Shown: positions 1-7,385, numbered from the stretch's first letter. The stretch is 41,247 nt of DNA from Candidatus Pacearchaeota archaeon (GCA_023475035.1 JAMCXF010000033.1:2868-44114); one strand, 5' to 3'. Notes: generated from the letters alone by a model not told the origin. Numbers and translations: made by a program.

Positions 1-136
1 TCGGCAACTACTCCTCTGGCGGCACCGCAAGGAAGAGGGCGTTGCTGCTCGAAGAGAACGCGATAACGTATGGGCACCGGCGCGCAAGGCACGCCGGTGC
101 CCGACAACCCACCCGCCCACCCAAGGGAAAGGGATT
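1..136. other. GC-rich block of unknown nature (88/136 G+C by my count, against an AT-rich remainder). It has a perfect 11-bp hairpin gggcaccggcg/cgccggtgccc at 72-102 and a T7 tract at 150-156 on the + strand.
   Basis: Direct reading. Composition changes abruptly near 136/137. I recognised no rRNA, tRNA, SRP RNA or RNase P motif. Confidence 0.3.
108..136 (-). repeat. Copy A of the G-quadruplex-type motif. Minus strand reads aatccctttccct-TGGGTGGGCGGGTGGG.
   Basis: Four G3 tracts with 1-nt loops plus a conserved flank aatccctttccc. Same architecture as 1101-1129. Confidence 0.6.
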
Positions 137-191
137 TGGTATCACCTCTTTTTTTAACGTTGCCTTTTTGTTCAACTATTGGATGTGGAAT

Positions 192-569
192 CAAAATCAT
201 ATTGCTTGTTGTCAAATCTCCGTGAATTATTTCTGCATCGTGAAGTTTTGCAATTTCACTTCCGATTGTTTTGCAGATTTCTTTTTGTTTCTTCAATGGG
301 AAAGAATCAAGATGCTCGGAAAGTTTTTTTCCATCAATAAAAGGCATTTTTATTTTATTAAATTCTTCAAGAGGAAAAGGGTTTGGGGCATTAATTATTT
401 TTGAAGCTTTTTCAAGAAGTTTTTTTTCTGCTTTTGTTCTCTGCTTCCTTATTTTGTCATCAAGTTCTTTTATTCTGTAAGATTTTGAAATTCTGTCTTT
501 GGTTATTAAATTATCTTTTTGATAGATAACTGCTTCTGCGCCACGCCCAATTATTTTTTGATTTGTCAT
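192..569 (-). CDS. bud32: Bud32/PRPK (KEOPS kinase), N-terminal ~126 codons only. Homology ends at about 192.
   Basis: Minus-strand translation from ATG 569-567 gives MTNQKIIGRGAEAVIYQKDN...RKQRTKAEKKLLEKA...IAKLHDAEIIHGDLTTSNMIL, i.e. Gly-loop and HGDLTTSN catalytic loop. No IDFGL/DFG segment follows. The frame runs open into the GC-rich block to the window edge, so it is not in the ORF track. The start overlaps the upstream stop (ATGA). Confidence 0.6.
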
Positions 570-1060
570 TTTCCAAGCTCTTTTCTCATCTCTATTATAA
601 TCTCTCTTTCTTTTATATTTAATTTTTTCATATCTTCCTTTAACTGTTCAATAATATTTTCTTTATCGCTTTTCTTGTCTTTCATCTGTTCAACTTTTTG
701 GAAAATATTTCTTTCAATTCTTACAAAATGAACTATTACCTCTGAGAACCTTTGCGTGTCAAAATAAAGTGGACTTGATTTGATAAGAAGATTTTTTCTT
801 TTTTGTTTTAATTCACAGATAATCTTGTCAATTTCTTTATTGGAAGAATTCCCTAGTTTTCCTATTATCTGATGATACATCCTTTTGTTTTCTTCAATTG
901 TTTCTGTAAGCTTTTCAAAATATTCAAGTTTTTTCTTGAACAGCAAATCTTTACGATTATGTTCCATATTGATTTTTTGATTAATTTTCGGGCTTACCAA
1001 TGTTCCGATAACCATACCAATAATCGCCATAATTGCTGTCAGATAAGGTGTTATGTCCAT
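566..1060 (-). CDS. Hypothetical protein with an N-terminal TM helix and a coiled-coil region; paralog of 1131-1679.
   Basis: ORF track. Hydrophobic N-terminus ITPYLTAIMAIIGMVIGTLV. Motifs shared with the neighbour: F(F)KKKL.(Y/D)FEK, S(S/L)PLY(F/S)DT and EMR(K/Q)EL. Confidence 0.55.
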   Translation of the reverse strand: MDITPYLTAIMAIIGMVIGTLVSPKINQKINMEHNRKDLLFKKKLEYFEKLTETIEENKRMYHQIIGKLGNSSNKEIDKIICELKQKRKNLLIKSSPLYFDTQRFSEVIVHFVRIERNIFQKVEQMKDKKSDKENIIEQLKEDMKKLNIKEREIIIEMRKELGK

Positions 1061-1100
1061 GAAAAGAAAATTGGGAAAGGGATTTTTAAGGATTATTATT

Positions 1101-1129
1101 CCCGCCCACCCGCCCGAGGGAAAGGGATT
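1101..1129 (-). repeat. Copy B of the G-quadruplex-type motif. Minus strand reads aatccctttccct-CGGGCGGGTGGGCGGG. A third partial flank, gggaaagggattt, lies at 1073-1085.
   Basis: Sits in the 70-nt spacer between the two paralogous ORFs. It is a GC island in AT-rich DNA. Confidence 0.6.
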
Positions 1130-1130
1130 G

Positions 1131-1679
1131 TCAATCAGATAATAATTCTTGTCTCATTTCTGTTATTGCCTTACCCCCTGAATCCGCTATTTCGATAAAT
1201 ATTTCTTCAAGTTTGGGAATATTCTCTTTTAAAGATTTTATTTTTTTGTTTTTAGATATTATTTCGTTAAATCTAATTTGAGCTTTAAGAAATTTCATTA
1301 TTGAATCTCCTGTTTGCTCTAAAGTATCTGAATAAAGCGGAAGAGAATTTACGCTTAAAGCATCATCTTTCCCCATTTTTTCTTCTAATATTTCTATTTC
1401 TTTAACCTCGCTTTCCTTAGTCATCTTTTTTATGCCCGAGATAATTGTTATATCATAGTTTATATAACCCCATATTCTTCTTGATTTTTTTTCAAAATCT
1501 TTTAACTTTTTTTTGAAGAAAGTTTCTTTTTGCATATACCTAACTCGATAATTATGTTCTTTTTCTAATCTCTCTAAGTTTCTTTGATGATTTCTTTTAT
1601 CTGCTATATTGATTCCAATCATTTGGGTTAAAATTCCAGCTAGAAAGAATATTCCTGCTAATAAAATTTCACTTAACAT
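1131..1679 (-). CDS. Hypothetical protein with an N-terminal TM helix and a coiled-coil region; paralog of 566-1060.
   Basis: ORF track. N-terminal LSEILLAGIFFLAGILTQMIGI. Shares the motifs listed for 566-1060. Confidence 0.55.
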   Translation of the reverse strand: MLSEILLAGIFFLAGILTQMIGINIADKRNHQRNLERLEKEHNYRVRYMQKETFFKKKLKDFEKKSRRIWGYINYDITIISGIKKMTKESEVKEIEILEEKMGKDDALSVNSLPLYSDTLEQTGDSIMKFLKAQIRFNEIISKNKKIKSLKENIPKLEEIFIEIADSGGKAITEMRQELLSD

Positions 1680-1728
1680 TTCTTTTTTATCTAAATTCTC
1701 TTTAAAACAATTATTGTATTACAGAAAT

Positions 1729-3130
1729 CTAAAACCTCTTGAACTTCTTCCCGAACTTTTTAGCAAACTTCATCATCTGCTTTTGAGACATTCCCTGCGA
1801 CATATCCATATTTCCAGAACCAACTCCTGACTTAATCATATCGTTGAGGAGTCTGTATTGCTTGATTAAAGAACGAACATCACTCGTCGGAACTCCTGCA
1901 CCTTTTGCAATTCTCGCGATTCTTGAAGTTTGCTTTTCCAAAACTTCTGGATTTTCTTTTTCCTCTTGCGTCATTGACTTAACAATATGCTCCCACTTTG
2001 CAACTTTTGCTTCCTGACTTTCAAGCATTCCTTCTGGAATTTTTGCCTTCATATCTGACAATCCCGGAATCATTGATTTTATTTTTTCAAAACCTCCGAG
2101 ATTTGACATTGACTTGACTTGTTCTATAACATCATCAAGAGTTAATTTTCCTTCTTCAATATTTTTCTGAATTTTTTTCTGCTGGCTTTCTTCTGTAACT
2201 GATTTTATTTTTTCAATCAGAGTTTCCAAATCCCCCATTCCGAGAAGACGGGCGAGGAACGAGCCTGGATTAAATTCTTCAATGTCATTTATTTTTTCCC
2301 CTGTTCCGATAAAATAAACTGGTGCTTGCGTTTCTGCGCAAGCTGTCAATGCTCCCCCTGCTTTTGCAGTTGAATCCATTCTTGTAATTATAACCCCTGA
2401 AATATTCATAGCATCTTTAAACTGGCTTGCCTGCTGTTTTGCTGCCTGCCCAATATCTGCGGGAATAACAAGAATTCTCTCTGTAGGTTTTATTTCCTTG
2501 TCAAGAGACTTTATCTCGTCAATTAATTCCTTGTCTAATGTGTGTCTTCCTGCTGTATCAACAAGAATTAAATTGTAATCTTTCAACTGCAAAAGCAGGG
2601 GGAGCATTGACATTTTCATATTTTTTCCATAACTTGACAGGATTTTTTTCAGTCGCATCAATGAAATAATTCAACTTGTGTTTTTCTGCAAGCTGTTTCA
2701 GTTGCTCTGCGGCAGCAGGACGATGAACATCCAAACCTATAAGTGCAACCTTGAATCCTCGTTTTGCATAATAATTTCCTAACTTAGAAATTGTTGTTGT
2801 CTTTCCGCTTCCATAAAGTCCGAGAAGAAGAACAATATTTTGCTTCTTGTCTAATTTTAACTGCTTGTATTCTCCAAGAATAGCCAAAAGTTCATCGTGA
2901 AGGATTTTTATTATATGCTCCTTTTTTTCAATTCCTTTAACTCTCTCATCCATCGCAGCCTTTTTGATTTTGTCTGATAATTCTTTTACTAATGCTACAT
3001 TAACATCTGCTTCAATCAACGCTCTCTGCAAATCTCTTACGATAGAATCGACTAAATCTTTATCAAGAAAAATAGCATTCGCTATCTTGTCAGTTGCTTT
3101 TTTTATTACTTCTCCAAGTTTCTCTAACAT
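1729..3130 (-). CDS. srp54: Signal recognition particle protein SRP54, split into two overlapping ORFs (2558-3130 and 1729-2661) by an apparent +1 frameshift.
   Basis: The N/G domain start (GLYGSGKTTT, DVHRPAAAEQL) is in the upstream ORF. DTAGRH, ITRMDSTAKAGGAL, LLGMGD and the Met-rich M domain are in the downstream ORF. Confidence 0.85.
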
Positions 3131-3177
3131 AGAAAAATGAGGAAATATAGAGTTATTAAATTTTGGGTTTAAGTAAA

Positions 3178-4359
3178 TTACAACCCCAATCTCTCAATAA
3201 ACTTTTCCTTGTCAAACGGTTCTATCTTGTCATATTCCTGTCCTGTTCCAAGATAAAGAATTGGTTTCTTTGTAACATAACCTACGCTAAGTGCTGTTCC
3301 GCCTTTGTCGTCAATGTCTGCTTTTGTCAAAACAATTCCGTTAATTCCGATTGCCTCGTCAAAACTTCTGACTTGTTCAATCGCGTCATTTCCTGTGATG
3401 CTTTCCCCGACAAAAACTTTCTTGTCTGGCTTGCAAACTTTCACAATTTTTTCCATTTCCTTAAGAAGATTTTTTTGAGTATGCATTCTTCCTGCTGTAT
3501 CAATAAGCACGCAATTCAATAAATTCTTTTTTGCATATTTTATTGCATCAAAACCTACTGCCGCAGGGTCACTGCCATATTCGTGTGCAATTATTTTCAC
3601 TCCAATCTTTTCCCCGTGAGTCTTTAGCTGTTCAATTGACGCGGCACGGAAAGTATCTCCTGCAGCAATTACGCTGGAAATTCCTTTCTTCTTAAGATTC
3701 TCTGCAATTTTTGCAATTGTCGTTGTTTTCCCTGTTCCATTTATCCCGCAAAATAAAATAACATACGGCTCATTGGTACTCAGGAATTTATCCTTTATTT
3801 CAACAGCTAAATTCGGAGGTTCAATAAGAATCTCTCTTATTATATCCTTGAATGATTCGTTGATTTCACTTTCAATTTCTTTTTTCAGAATTTCTTTCCT
3901 GACAACCTTTTCTTTCAAGTCCTTCACAATTTTTTCGGCAACTTCAAGAGCCACATTATTCTCTAAAAGAAGCATTTCAAGCTCCTCGCCATAAACATCA
4001 AATTCTTTTTCAGTTATTTTCACTTTCGAAATTTTCTCGCCAAACTTTTCAAAAATGTTTTTCTTTTTCTCTTCCTCTGTCTCTTCTTCTTTTAGAATTA
4101 TTTTCTTTTCTTCCTTTTCCTGCTTTCTTTTTTCCTTTGCTTCCTTTTTTTCTTTTTTTCTCTCTTCCTTTTCTGTTTTTTTAGTTTCTTTTTCAAAAGA
4201 CACCTTATCGGTTTCTTTTGTAAGCTTCCCTTTATGATACTGCTCACGGCTGATTTCTTCCTGAACTTTCTCTTTTATTTCCTCTTCTGCTTTTTCTTCA
4301 GCCTTCTGGCTAAGTTTTTGCGTCCAGTTTTTCAGTTTTTCTTTTAATTTTCCAAACAT
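3178..4359 (-). CDS. ftsY: SRP receptor FtsY with a Lys/Glu-rich N-terminal domain. Start reassigned to ATG 4359.
   Basis: C-terminal NG domain motifs: GINGTGKTTT, AAGDTFRAA, DTAGRMH, LTKADIDDKGG. The 4359 start coincides with the conserved leader junction gacgcgATG that is also used by rpl44e. Confidence 0.85.
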   Translation of the reverse strand: MFGKLKEKLKNWTQKLSQKAEEKAEEEIKEKVQEEISREQYHKGKLTKETDKVSFEKETKKTEKEERKKEKKEAKEKRKQEKEEKKIILKEEETEEEKKKNIFEKFGEKISKVKITEKEFDVYGEELEMLLLENNVALEVAEKIVKDLKEKVVRKEILKKEIESEINESFKDIIREILIEPPNLAVEIKDKFLSTNEPYVILFCGINGTGKTTTIAKIAENLKKKGISSVIAAGDTFRAASIEQLKTHGEKIGVKIIAHEYGSDPAAVGFDAIKYAKKNLLNCVLIDTAGRMHTQKNLLKEMEKIVKVCKPDKKVFVGESITGNDAIEQVRSFDEAIGINGIVLTKADIDDKGGTALSVGYVTKKPILYLGTGQEYDKIEPFDKEKFIERLGL

Positions 4360-4451
4360 CGCGTCATAGTTTTCGACGAGAAAATTTTTCGCTTTGCAAA
4401 AAATTCGGCGAGAATTCACTCGCTTTGCTCGTCATTTATCTCATAGGGAAG
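4357..4451 (-). promoter_or_regulatory. Conserved leader/promoter element, copy 1, abutting the ftsY ATG.
   Basis: 25/25 nt (4357-4381) and 30/30 nt (4412-4441) are identical to 7696-7720 and 7746-7775. The centre differs between copies. The distal end contains agataaatg, which is TATA-like on the minus strand. Confidence 0.6.
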
Positions 4452-4504
4452 AGCATTCAATTAGTTATTAAGTTTTTGGATTATCTTTTGAAAATGAACA
4501 TAAA

Positions 4505-4514
4505 TTTTTATAAA
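4505..4514 (+). promoter_or_regulatory. TATA-box-like tttttataaa, about 22 nt upstream of the apgM ATG.
   Basis: Same TTTATAAA-type motif and spacing recur upstream of tfb, the Sm gene, rnz, ORF 21515 and others. Confidence 0.4.
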
Positions 4515-4535
4515 GAAAAGGGACTTTAATTCTCT

Positions 4536-5780
4536 ATGAAGGGTGTGCTGGTGATTGTTGACGGAATGGGCGATTTGCCCAACGAACATCTTGAAGGGAA
4601 AACTCCCTTGGAAGCTGCGAACATGCCAAACGCTGATTTTCTTGCTGCAAGAGGAGAACTAGGGTATATGTATTCTGTAAAGCCAGGATTTATTCCTGAA
4701 TCTGACGAGGCTATTGTTTCTATCTTCGGAAATGAGCTTATTTCTTCTACAAGAGGACAGTTGGAAGCGAGAGGGACAGACATAAAACTTGTAAGAGGGG
4801 ATTTGGCTTTCCGCGCTAACTTTGCAACTATTGACTCTTTAGAATCTGGAAACATTTTAGACAGAAGAGCAGGCAGAAATCTTTCAACACAGGAAGCCGA
4901 GATTCTTGCAAAAGCATTAAACAAAGGCATTAAATTAGAATCGCCTGTTATTTTCAGATCAACTATCGGGCACAGAGGAGTTTTAGTTTTCAAAGGAGGT
5001 TTTTCAGACAACATTTCAGGAAATGATATGGTTTATTTGCCTGGGCAGACAAAAATCTCAGACAAAATTTCCCCAATAAAAGCTCTTGACGAAGAAGAGA
5101 ACTCTCAATACACTGCAAGTATAGCGAATGCTTTTTTAGAGAAAGCTTTTGAAATTCTTAATCATCATCCTGTCAATGAAAGAAGAAGAGAAAAAGGGCT
5201 TTTGCCTGCAAATTTTCTTTTAGTAAGAGGAGCAGGAATTGAAGTTCCTAAATTAAAAAAATACAAAAGGTGGGCTTCTGCTTCTTACATGCCGTTGGAA
5301 AAAGGATTTTCCAGAGTTTGTGAGATGAAAACTTACTCTTTTGATTATCCAAAACTGAGAGGGATTGATGTTTATGAGAATTTATGGGACGGCTTAAGAA
5401 AAGCGTGCAAGTTTTCAATTGCTGTGCTGAAAAGAAACAGAAGAGCATCTGATTATGTTTACATTCACATAAAAGAAACCGATTTGCCTGGGCACGACGG
5501 AAAAGCTATTGTAAAAAAAGAAATGCTTGAATACATTGACAAAACCCTGTTTAACTTTTTAAGAAAATTTGCACCTCCAAATAATATTAATGTAGTTATT
5601 ACTGCTGACCATTGCACTCCCTGTAAAAATCGGGCGCATTCTGCAGACCCTGTTCCTGTTTTATTTTACAATCATTCAATTCCCAAAGAAAAAAAATTCG
5701 ACGAAAATGAAGCAAGAAAAGGAAAACTTGGAAGAATTAACGGGAAAGAACTTTTAGCCAAGGTCAAGTTTTTGAAATAG
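4536..5780 (+). CDS. apgM: Cofactor-independent phosphoglycerate mutase, archaeal type.
   Basis: VLVIVDGMGD, KTPLEAANMPNAD and ITADHCTPC...HSADPVP are typical of ApgM. Confidence 0.8.
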   Translation: MKGVLVIVDGMGDLPNEHLEGKTPLEAANMPNADFLAARGELGYMYSVKPGFIPESDEAIVSIFGNELISSTRGQLEARGTDIKLVRGDLAFRANFATIDSLESGNILDRRAGRNLSTQEAEILAKALNKGIKLESPVIFRSTIGHRGVLVFKGGFSDNISGNDMVYLPGQTKISDKISPIKALDEEENSQYTASIANAFLEKAFEILNHHPVNERRREKGLLPANFLLVRGAGIEVPKLKKYKRWASASYMPLEKGFSRVCEMKTYSFDYPKLRGIDVYENLWDGLRKACKFSIAVLKRNRRASDYVYIHIKETDLPGHDGKAIVKKEMLEYIDKTLFNFLRKFAPPNNINVVITADHCTPCKNRAHSADPVPVLFYNHSIPKEKKFDENEARKGKLGRINGKELLAKVKFLK

Positions 5781-5828
5781 ATTTTTCTATATAGCAATTG
5801 TTAAAAATTGATTGATACTATTTTTTTT

Positions 5829-6389
5829 ATGATAACCTACAATGACATCTATGAGGCGGAGAAGAAAGAGCGATATTCTGACCAGTTACAGCAAATTCCC
5901 AAGAATTTTGTAAAAGAAGTTTCTGATTATCTTAAAGAAAAAAAAGAGATTGCTTCAAAAGAAAATGATATATTTTCTGATGTAATTGTCAAGACGAAAA
6001 AACAGCTTGAAAATGCTGCTCTTTTATTTCGTCAGCTGATTCTCAGAAGAAAAAAGAAAATTCTTAATCTGGTTTTAATTGCGTCCGAGACAGGAATTTC
6101 AAAACAGGATTTTGACAACATGCTTCAATTTGAAAAAACTTTATTTGAGGAATTAATGAAGTCAATTGATTTGTCTGACAAGAAATTAGCTGAGATAGTC
6201 AACGGCAATGACAATGAACCTCAGCAGAAAAATGAATTGATTGTTTTTAGGGAACATGTTGAAGAATTTATGGGAATGGACGGGGAAAAAATGGGTGCTT
6301 ATGAAAAAGGTGACATTGTGAACATCCCAAAAGAAATTGCAAAAATATTAATTGATTCCGGAAAGGCTGAACTTGCCGAAGGAGACTAA
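5829..6389 (+). CDS. GINS-like DNA replication complex subunit (Gins51/Psf1-Sld5-like).
   Basis: YNDIYEAEKKERYSDQLQQIPKNFVKEVSDYLKEKKE matches the N-terminal pattern of archaeal GINS. Size ~186 aa. ATG 5829 preferred over TTG 5808. Confidence 0.45.
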   Translation: MITYNDIYEAEKKERYSDQLQQIPKNFVKEVSDYLKEKKEIASKENDIFSDVIVKTKKQLENAALLFRQLILRRKKKILNLVLIASETGISKQDFDNMLQFEKTLFEELMKSIDLSDKKLAEIVNGNDNEPQQKNELIVFREHVEEFMGMDGEKMGAYEKGDIVNIPKEIAKILIDSGKAELAEGD

Positions 6390-6637
6390 TTTTTATAAAT
6401 TATTGACTGAATAAAAAGTGTCAGCCACAGGGTTCCGCTTATGATGTTTATTATTGTTGAAAGATAAAGTCCGAGAGTGAAAAGAACAAAAGCCATTGTG
6501 TAGATAACAAGAACTGTTATCAATGATGTAGAAAAATTAATTGTCTTTTTCTTTTTTTTGAACCCTGTTATCACTTGAGGAACCAATGCAACTCCAGAAC
6601 ATATGGAGGCTATCATAATCACAATATCTTGCCACAT
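6386..6637 (-). CDS. SemiSWEET/PQ-loop family small transporter (83 aa, 3 TM).
   Basis: Three hydrophobic helices, and a PQ motif (ALVPQVITGFKKKK) after TM1. Confidence 0.55.
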   Translation of the reverse strand: MWQDIVIMIASICSGVALVPQVITGFKKKKKTINFSTSLITVLVIYTMAFVLFTLGLYLSTIINIISGTLWLTLFIQSIIYKN

Positions 6638-6638
6638 A

Positions 6639-6657
6639 AAGCCTCCAGAGAGATTTG
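6639..6657 (-). repeat. Exact 19-nt duplicate of the tRNA-Thr 3' end (aagcctccagagagatttg).
   Basis: Identical to 6733-6751. It is followed by ggagttca (6657-6664), the reverse complement of the tgaactcc that follows in the true gene. Confidence 0.8.
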
Positions 6658-6733
6658 GAGTTCACTTCGTTCCCTCTCATTCGACAAGTCAAATGAAACT
6701 CCGTTCAAATATTTTTTTTGTTTTTTTATCATA

Positions 6734-6805
6734 AGCCTCCAGAGAGATTTGAACTCCCGACCCTTTGCTTACAAGGCAAATGCTCTGCCACTGAGCTATG
6801 GAGGC
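6734..6805 (-). tRNA. tRNA-Thr (UGU), 72 nt, no intron.
   Basis: Manual cloverleaf: GCCTCCA/TGGAGGC acceptor, anticodon loop CTTGTAA, T arm GGGAG-TTCAAAT-CTCTC. Confidence 0.9.
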
Positions 6806-6851
6806 ATAATAACTTGAAAGAATAATGGTTTAAAAGATTTCTGATAGAAGA

Positions 6852-7385
6852 TTATTTCTTTTTTGCTTCAAGGACTCTTATTTCGCAGAGAGACAAAGGA
6901 TAAATTTTTTTCAACTTAAGACTTAAGTATTTCTGCAATTGGTTTCTTAGTATTTCATCAAATAATTGTTCTGCGCTTTTATCTTTTACATAACTCAGCA
7001 ATTCTTCTTTTGCCTTGTTTCTCAAATTTTTTCTGACTGCTCTTGATACTTTTCTTCTTGTTACCAAGAAAGGTTTTATTGTCAGTTTAGCATCTTTGCC
7101 GTCAGCAGAGAAAGAATCTTCGACGTAATTTGTTCCTTTTTTTACCATTCTTCTTATGAAGTAAGGCATTACAATACTCTTTACAGGAACAGCAGTTGCT
7201 TTGTCGTCTTCAACTTTAACTTTGAATGTCATCATAACGCTTTTTCCCTTGAGAATTCTTGTCAAGTCATATTTCAAAAATCTTCCGTCAAGTTCAGGCA
7301 TTTCATAAGCCTGCAACTGTGTAGTCTTGTCTATTGATGGTATCTCGACGTCAAAAAATCTTTTTTTCCTTTTTGCTTGTGCCAT
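6852..7385 (-). CDS. rps3ae: 30S ribosomal protein S3Ae (eS1).
   Basis: KKRFFDVEIPS..., PYFIRRMVKKGTNYVED and size 177 aa. Immediately downstream of rpl44e. Confidence 0.85.
   Translation of the reverse strand: MAQAKRKKRFFDVEIPSIDKTTQLQAYEMPELDGRFLKYDLTRILKGKSVMMTFKVKVEDDKATAVPVKSIVMPYFIRRMVKKGTNYVEDSFSADGKDAKLTIKPFLVTRRKVSRAVRKNLRNKAKEELLSYVKDKSAEQLFDEILRNQLQKYLSLKLKKIYPLSLCEIRVLEAKKK

Noticed and set aside
1-136. The GC-rich block as SRP RNA, RNase P RNA, 5S rRNA or group II intron domain V.
   Set aside because: I compared it from memory with hallmark motifs: SRP helix 8 GNAR/AGCA, the RNase P CR-I GGAAAGUCC-type box, the 5S loop C/helix motifs, and the 34-nt domain V. None fits convincingly on either strand. 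It is left unassigned.
137-149. ggtatcacctc, which resembles the 16S rRNA 3' end (GGATCACCTCC).
   Set aside because: The preceding sequence lacks the conserved GAACCTGCGGCTGGA context, so this is not a 16S terminus.
192-200. An intein or bulge-helix-bulge intron interrupting bud32.
   Set aside because: There are no intein block A/G residues at the break, and I could not build a credible BHB. Neither possibility can be supported from sequence alone.
42-731. Plus-strand ORFs 42-404, 271-480 and 519-731.
   Set aside because: They lie antisense to the convincing bud32 reading frame and the start of ORF 566-1060. Their low-complexity Phe/Leu/Ser-rich translations are typical of antisense frames in AT-rich DNA.
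4040-4330. Apparent repeats in the Lys/Glu-rich regions of ftsY, the 343-aa gene (29560-29700) and the tfe tail (38740-38930).
   Set aside because: This is low-complexity AAG/GAA-type codon bias rather than discrete repeats. Only the 60-nt block at 4193-4252 and 29810-29869 is a true high-identity match.
4360-4419. A 20-codon N-terminal extension of ftsY (MNSRRIFCKAKNFLVENYDA).
   Set aside because: This stretch is the conserved leader also found upstream of rpl44e, where an in-frame stop shows it is non-coding. The shared junction gacgcgATG marks the real start at 4359.
4526-5014. The 162-aa minus-strand ORF.
   Set aside because: It lies fully inside, and antisense to, the well-supported apgM gene.
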